64,000 nucleotides of DNA. It comes from a virus. Made by a program: the position numbers and the translations under genes. Position 1 is the stretch's first letter. Each line of letters starts with the position of its first letter. Under the pieces are notes generated by a model that worked only from the letters and a program-made list of their open reading frames with translations, had not been told where the DNA came from and made no database searches. The DNA lies in the IMG/VR virus record IMGVR_UViG_3300029309_000008, positions 25,757 to 89,756 of that record; one strand, given 5' to 3'. Positions 59,393-64,000 of the stretch are shown piece after piece.

Positions 59393-60052
59393 TTAATCTT
59401 CTATTTCATCAATGCCATACATATATCTGTCACTATCTTCTGTAATCCATTTTTCATACCCTTCGGCATTAAAAGTTTGTGTACACACTTTATAGTCAGG
59501 CCTCTCAGGAAAATCTTTAGTGGTAAATGATGGCTCAATCCACCTCACTCTATTGTTAGGTTGCAACGCAATATTACCATTATGTAAAAGGATAATGTGA
59601 TGTGACTTATGCTCGTGAGGAGTCTCACTCAATGTAAGGTCTGAATTTTCATTAGTATCTCCTGCCCACTGTATAGTGGCGAAATACTCACCATCATACC
59701 ACATTTTATCCTTTAAAAAAGCTGATGCAGTCACACTACCTAAATAGTTAAGTTGTACCAAAGAGAAATTCTTACTAAAAGAATTCCAAAGACAAAGATG
59801 GTCAAATGCCATAGCAGGAGCTTCGGCAGGGTCTATCTCCTTATCAAACACCACGAATGCAGAGCAAGGTAACTTGTCTCTCATCACACCATTCTCCAAT
59901 AACACTTGGAATAGTGGCACTTGTCCAGGTAAACATTTAACAGATACCATTCGACCTTTGTCAAACTCTCCATGATGTTCGTCCATATCATATAAGTATT
60001 CTCTTCTTACCCACACATCAAGAGGTGGGAAACTTGTTTCTATATAAGCCAT
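59393..60052 (-). CDS. conserved phage hypothetical protein
   Basis: VRREYLYD, LWNSFS, HKSHH and QPNNRV motifs recalled from aquatic phages. Confidence 0.7.
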   Translation of the reverse strand: MAYIETSFPPLDVWVRREYLYDMDEHHGEFDKGRMVSVKCLPGQVPLFQVLLENGVMRDKLPCSAFVVFDKEIDPAEAPAMAFDHLCLWNSFSKNFSLVQLNYLGSVTASAFLKDKMWYDGEYFATIQWAGDTNENSDLTLSETPHEHKSHHIILLHNGNIALQPNNRVRWIEPSFTTKDFPERPDYKVCTQTFNAEGYEKWITEDSDRYMYGIDEIED

Positions 60053-60083
60053 ATTTAGTTATTTTTAATTTTATTATTTATAG

Positions 60084-62231
60084 TTAACTGTTACATCCAA
60101 AACACTCGTATTGAGAGTCTTTTGGTTTTTCTTTACTCACTCCTGCTAATTTAGCATTATTTTCAATTTTAGACTTAGTTCTAGTGTAATAAACTCCTGT
60201 CTTTAATCCTACCTTCCAAGCGTACATCAATGCACTTGATATCTTAGAATATTTTGCATCTTTGTGGTACACATTCATTGACTGACTTTGGTCCACGTAC
60301 ATATTTCTAACAGATGCTAAATCAAGTAGAGTCTTCTGAGATATCTCCCACACATCTTTGTATCGGTATCTCACATCTTCAGGTATCTCTACGATGTTTT
60401 GGATAGAGCCACCATTGGCAATAATCTTATCCATCATTTCTTGATTCCACAAACTTAAATCATCTAATTCGCTTACAAGATATTTGTTAATCACAGTAAA
60501 CTCACCTTGACCAACTCTCCTTGTAAACAAGTTACTTGTCACGGGCTCAAAGCTTTCGAACACTCCAAGTAAAATAGAAGAACTTGCTGTAGGCATGAGT
60601 CCTAAGAATAGAGAGTTACGAACTTTGATAGGCTCTCTCTGAGAAAGGGCTATCACTCTGCCTGTTGTTTTACTTGTGTACTTAATACCTTTGCTGTAAG
60701 GGCTCCCTTCCCAAGCAGGATACACGCCTTCTTCCTCAGCCATCTTCTGACTCTCTTGCACAGCAGACTCATACATAGTTCCAAATATTTTGTGTTGCCA
60801 CTCGACTGCTTCTTCTGATTCAAAACTAATTTTTTTCTTTGCGAAAAAGTCTGCCATTCCTGCCACACCGATAGCCAATGCTCTTTGGTCCTCTCCTGCG
60901 TTCCTGCTCCAATCATCAGACCACTTGTTGTTGTCTATGACTCTGTTAAGCATTCTAGTTAGAACCTTGACACTATGCTTGATAGTCTTCTCACTCTCAT
61001 GCTCAGACAAGTTAACCGAACCTAGCGTACATTGTGGCGTGTAGGAAGGCTTTGATGCTTCCATAATTTCGATACACAAATTACTTTGTTTAATTACACC
61101 GATATTGCTCTGCATATTTTTTCTGTTGGCATTGTCCTTGAAGAACACGTAAGGTCTACCCGACTCTACTTGAGACTTGATTATTAAGTCCCAAATTTTC
61201 TTAGGTGATATTTCGTACCCAATACCGAGGTCAACTGCCTTCTGATATTCTGCTTCAAACTCCTCACCCCAAAGGTCTTCAAAGGGACGTAACCCATTGT
61301 CTTTCAACACTTTAGGACAGAACAAATGCCAAGATTCATTGCTCAACAATTTATTCATAAATAAATCGTTAATAGTTACAGACAAGAATAAGTCTCTTGT
61401 TCTAAGTTCTTCTTGACCTACAGGAAGAGTGAGTTCCAAGAAGTCCATAATATCTCTGTGCCAAACCGATAGGTATAATGCACAAGAACCTGAACGAGTA
61501 CCTTGCTTGTAGAAACGCATCTTGGACTGAACCATATCAGCAAAGCGTACAATCCCTCCTGCCTTTGCACTAAAAGAAGTCACATCTGATTTCTTACTTC
61601 TCAAGTTATCTATCATAAGACCAATACCTGCACCTTCCTTCGAAGCGTAAGCTATTTTAGTTAAAGTGTTTTCGATACCATCAATGCTGTCTTCCTGCAA
61701 GTGAGTAAGGTTACACGATATCATTCCGTTTCTACCTTCGATACCTGCATTGGTATAGATAGGCGTGGCACAGTTGATTCGCTTAGTCTTCAACTCATCT
61801 GCAAATAATTTATATTCCTTCTTGTCTTTTGCCAAGTGTTTAGCCACTCTTTCATACATACAAGAGGGTAATTCTGATGGAGAGCCATCAACTTTCTTAG
61901 AATACTTCTTCAAGAAAGTGATAGCACCAAAAAAATCGTATGTCTCATCAACAGGTTGAAGAGGCTTATCGATTAATTTAGATAATCTACTAAGTAGCAA
62001 TCTGCCTCCAAGCAAACTATAGTCAGGGTGTGTAGTTACCATATCAGCAGATGAAAAGGCAATCAGTTCATCCAAATCAGTAGTGGTCATCCCATCCTTG
62101 ATAGATGGGATAACCTTTTGAAACAACTCGTGAGGATTGACTTTTAATCCCTGAGAACGATTCTTAATTCTATTTAAAATTTTATTTGGAAGAAACTGTT
62201 GACTACTTCCGTCTCTCTTGGTAATCCTCAT
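60084..62231 (-). CDS. nrdA: ribonucleotide reductase class I alpha subunit with ATP cone
   Basis: ITKRDG ATP cone, ATP-x-x-x-NAG, SC, SNLCIEI, MPTASSS, LKTGVYY, C-terminal CxxC. Confidence 0.95.
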   Translation of the reverse strand: MRITKRDGSSQQFLPNKILNRIKNRSQGLKVNPHELFQKVIPSIKDGMTTTDLDELIAFSSADMVTTHPDYSLLGGRLLLSRLSKLIDKPLQPVDETYDFFGAITFLKKYSKKVDGSPSELPSCMYERVAKHLAKDKKEYKLFADELKTKRINCATPIYTNAGIEGRNGMISCNLTHLQEDSIDGIENTLTKIAYASKEGAGIGLMIDNLRSKKSDVTSFSAKAGGIVRFADMVQSKMRFYKQGTRSGSCALYLSVWHRDIMDFLELTLPVGQEELRTRDLFLSVTINDLFMNKLLSNESWHLFCPKVLKDNGLRPFEDLWGEEFEAEYQKAVDLGIGYEISPKKIWDLIIKSQVESGRPYVFFKDNANRKNMQSNIGVIKQSNLCIEIMEASKPSYTPQCTLGSVNLSEHESEKTIKHSVKVLTRMLNRVIDNNKWSDDWSRNAGEDQRALAIGVAGMADFFAKKKISFESEEAVEWQHKIFGTMYESAVQESQKMAEEEGVYPAWEGSPYSKGIKYTSKTTGRVIALSQREPIKVRNSLFLGLMPTASSSILLGVFESFEPVTSNLFTRRVGQGEFTVINKYLVSELDDLSLWNQEMMDKIIANGGSIQNIVEIPEDVRYRYKDVWEISQKTLLDLASVRNMYVDQSQSMNVYHKDAKYSKISSALMYAWKVGLKTGVYYTRTKSKIENNAKLAGVSKEKPKDSQYECFGCNS

Positions 62232-62232
62232 C

Positions 62233-63186
62233 TTAAAACTCGTCTGTGAACATACCTTCAGTAGTAGTAGGAATGTCTACTCTAGTGTACTGACCTGTTC
62301 TTTGTTCAAAGAAATTGTTTTTCGCTGATAACCCGATACGAGCCATGTAGTCAAGTGGGTTTCTAACATTAAAATATTTACCACAACCGAAGTCTTCTAA
62401 GACGATGTCAGTAACGTACTTAACATACTCCAGCATCTCTTCCTTTGTAAGACCTTGTAAGCCGTTAGGCATACTATCTAAAACAAACTTCTGCTCTACA
62501 TCGAAACACTCAAGAATGATTTTCTGAATTTCGTGGGTAGAAATTTTGTACTCATCCTTGATGTAGTTGTTGTATAGGTACTGAGCAAATTCATAATGCA
62601 AGGATTCATCTCTAAGGATTAATTCGTTCATAGAACCCAAGCCATTCATTTTGTTACGTGACCTATACCAAAACACTCCTGCAAACACAGAGGAGAAAGC
62701 AATACCCTCCACACAAGCAAATGCTACAAGTCGGTGAGCAAATGATGGATGGTCAATCCACTTCTCTGCCCAAGAAGCCTTGTCCTTTACTGCTTGGTTG
62801 GTAGACATTGAATTAAATAAATCGTTTCTTTCTTGGTTATCTTTTATGTATGTATCAATAAGGAGAGAGTAACCGTTGGCGTGTACTTGTTCAATAAAGG
62901 TCTGATGCCCATAAAAATACTGAGCCTCAAGTAAATCTACCTCATTCATAAAGTTGGTAGCCAAGTTGTCTATCACAAGACCATCAGATATAGCAAAGAA
63001 TGCAAGGATGTTTTTCAAGTAACTTTTTTCATCTTCTGACAACGCATCGAAGTCATCAGAACTCAAGTCAACTTCCTCAGCAACCCACGTTTGCTTTTCT
63101 GCTTTTTTATAATAATCCCACAAATCAGTATGGGACAATGGGAAAATAGAATACCTCTTCCCTAAATCCTTAGAGTTTAAATACAT
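62233..63186 (-). CDS. nrdB: ribonucleotide reductase class Ia beta subunit
   Basis: W-x-x-EEVD, FFA-x-SD, EQVH-x-x-x-Y, VEG-x-x-F, RDESLH, NFFE. Confidence 0.95.
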   Translation of the reverse strand: MYLNSKDLGKRYSIFPLSHTDLWDYYKKAEKQTWVAEEVDLSSDDFDALSEDEKSYLKNILAFFAISDGLVIDNLATNFMNEVDLLEAQYFYGHQTFIEQVHANGYSLLIDTYIKDNQERNDLFNSMSTNQAVKDKASWAEKWIDHPSFAHRLVAFACVEGIAFSSVFAGVFWYRSRNKMNGLGSMNELILRDESLHYEFAQYLYNNYIKDEYKISTHEIQKIILECFDVEQKFVLDSMPNGLQGLTKEEMLEYVKYVTDIVLEDFGCGKYFNVRNPLDYMARIGLSAKNNFFEQRTGQYTRVDIPTTTEGMFTDEF

Positions 63187-63210
63187 AGTTTAAGTTTAAC
63201 AAAATTAGAT

Positions 63211-63237
63211 AAAAAACCCACCGAAAATTCGATGGGT
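63211..63237 (-). terminator. intrinsic terminator
   Basis: Minus strand ACCCATCGAA-TT-TTCGGTGGGT followed by a T-run. Confidence 0.7.
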
Positions 63238-63293
63238 AAAGAGATGTAAGGTAATAATTACAAATTAGTTTTCCAAATTGAAAACAATTGTAA

Positions 63294-63605
63294 TTAGAAC
63301 GGCAAGTCATCTCTAACAGGTTTGTTGTATCTGAATACAACTGTTTTGGATTCCTCACAAGAAGCAGTCCCTTCTTTCTCTTCTAGTTTCTTTTGAGACT
63401 TCAATTCCGTCTCCATTTCAGTAACTTTTTCAGAGTAAGCCCACTTCTTACGAGTCTGCCAAGAATATGACCCATAGTAAAATTTAGTACCATGTTCAGG
63501 CATATCCTCTTTCAGTCTTTCTTTTAATTCAGACTGCTCTTGTTCAATGTCTCTTTTCTTTTCTTCAAGAAAAGCATAACGCTTATATACTTCTTCTAAT
63601 GTCAT
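63294..63605 (-). CDS. coiled-coil protein (Gp157/Gam-like) ending in DDLPF
   Basis: N-terminal coiled coil followed by beta strands; SSB-like C-terminal tail. Confidence 0.55.
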   Translation of the reverse strand: MTLEEVYKRYAFLEEKKRDIEQEQSELKERLKEDMPEHGTKFYYGSYSWQTRKKWAYSEKVTEMETELKSQKKLEEKEGTASCEESKTVVFRYNKPVRDDLPF

Positions 63606-63614
63606 AGTTTTAAT

Positions 63615-63998
63615 TTAAAAGGGTAAGTCTTCAATGCTTGGTTTTTTGACCTCGGTTTTTGTTGGTTCTGGTGTTGAGGCATTTTCATCTTTTGCGAAGT
63701 TTTCTCCAATGTGCTTTTGTAGAAAGTTGTATAGGTATTCATTTCGGTTATCGAAGTTTGGTTTCTTCTTACCCATTTTTTCTTCCCACACAATTGAAGG
63801 AATGTCTCCGTCCTCATTTTTGGCTGACTGATATGATAGTGATTTCTCTACCTTTTCTCCATCAACTCGGAACGTGAAGCCTCTGTAAGGATACTTTGCA
63901 TTTTCAGGTTGATAAACATATGCGTTGACCGTGTAAGTGCGACCTCTCTGTAGATTAGGTAACTGACGTACAAAGTCTGTTGTAAAAGGATTCACTTC
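63615..63998 (-). CDS. putative single-stranded DNA-binding protein (5' partial)
   Basis: Frame is open to the window edge; flexible acidic/Pro tail ending EDLPF. Confidence 0.55.
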   Translation of the reverse strand, partial: EVNPFTTDFVRQLPNLQRGRTYTVNAYVYQPENAKYPYRGFTFRVDGEKVEKSLSYQSAKNEDGDIPSIVWEEKMGKKKPNFDNRNEYLYNFLQKHIGENFAKDENASTPEPTKTEVKKPSIEDLPF

Positions 63999-64000
63999 TT

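Noticed and set aside
54478-62231. Introns or inteins in polA, helicase or nrdA
   Set aside because: The ORFs are continuous and compact, with no intein or homing-endonuclease insertions visible

Overview
This AT-rich window is part of a dsDNA phage genome of the crAss-like/Bacteroidota podophage type (Crassvirales or a related Flavobacteriia-phage lineage). It uses the standard genetic code, with A-rich starts and no obvious SD sites. The + strand (1-49.2 kb) carries fibre-like and Cys-rich virion genes, a holin/spanin-like cluster, and the crAss-like ring, IHF-like, tail tubular and tail stabilization (muzzle) genes. These are followed by seven large putative ejected (cargo) proteins. The - strand (49.3-64 kb) is a replication and metabolism module: DnaB-like helicase, GT2-TPR glycosyltransferase, amidase endolysin, DUF3310, M23 peptidase, PolA, SF2 helicase, HNH, SET domain, AdoMetDC, NrdAB and an SSB-like gene. 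The main discovery candidate is three consecutive ORFs (18162-31641) built as strings of unrelated modules separated by more than 20 copies of a short [FYWMLA]-x-[NDEQ]-G-G linker, often followed by x-x-R-[NH]-Q. The modules include a zincin, two pre-toxin-TG-like segments (one followed by an ADP-ribosyltransferase), a lysozyme-like domain and several very basic mini-domains. This suggests a processed multi-effector polyprotein cargo system. No recognisable virion RNA polymerase was seen in the cargo cluster, and GATC appears strongly avoided. All family calls come from reading motifs by eye; no searches were run.
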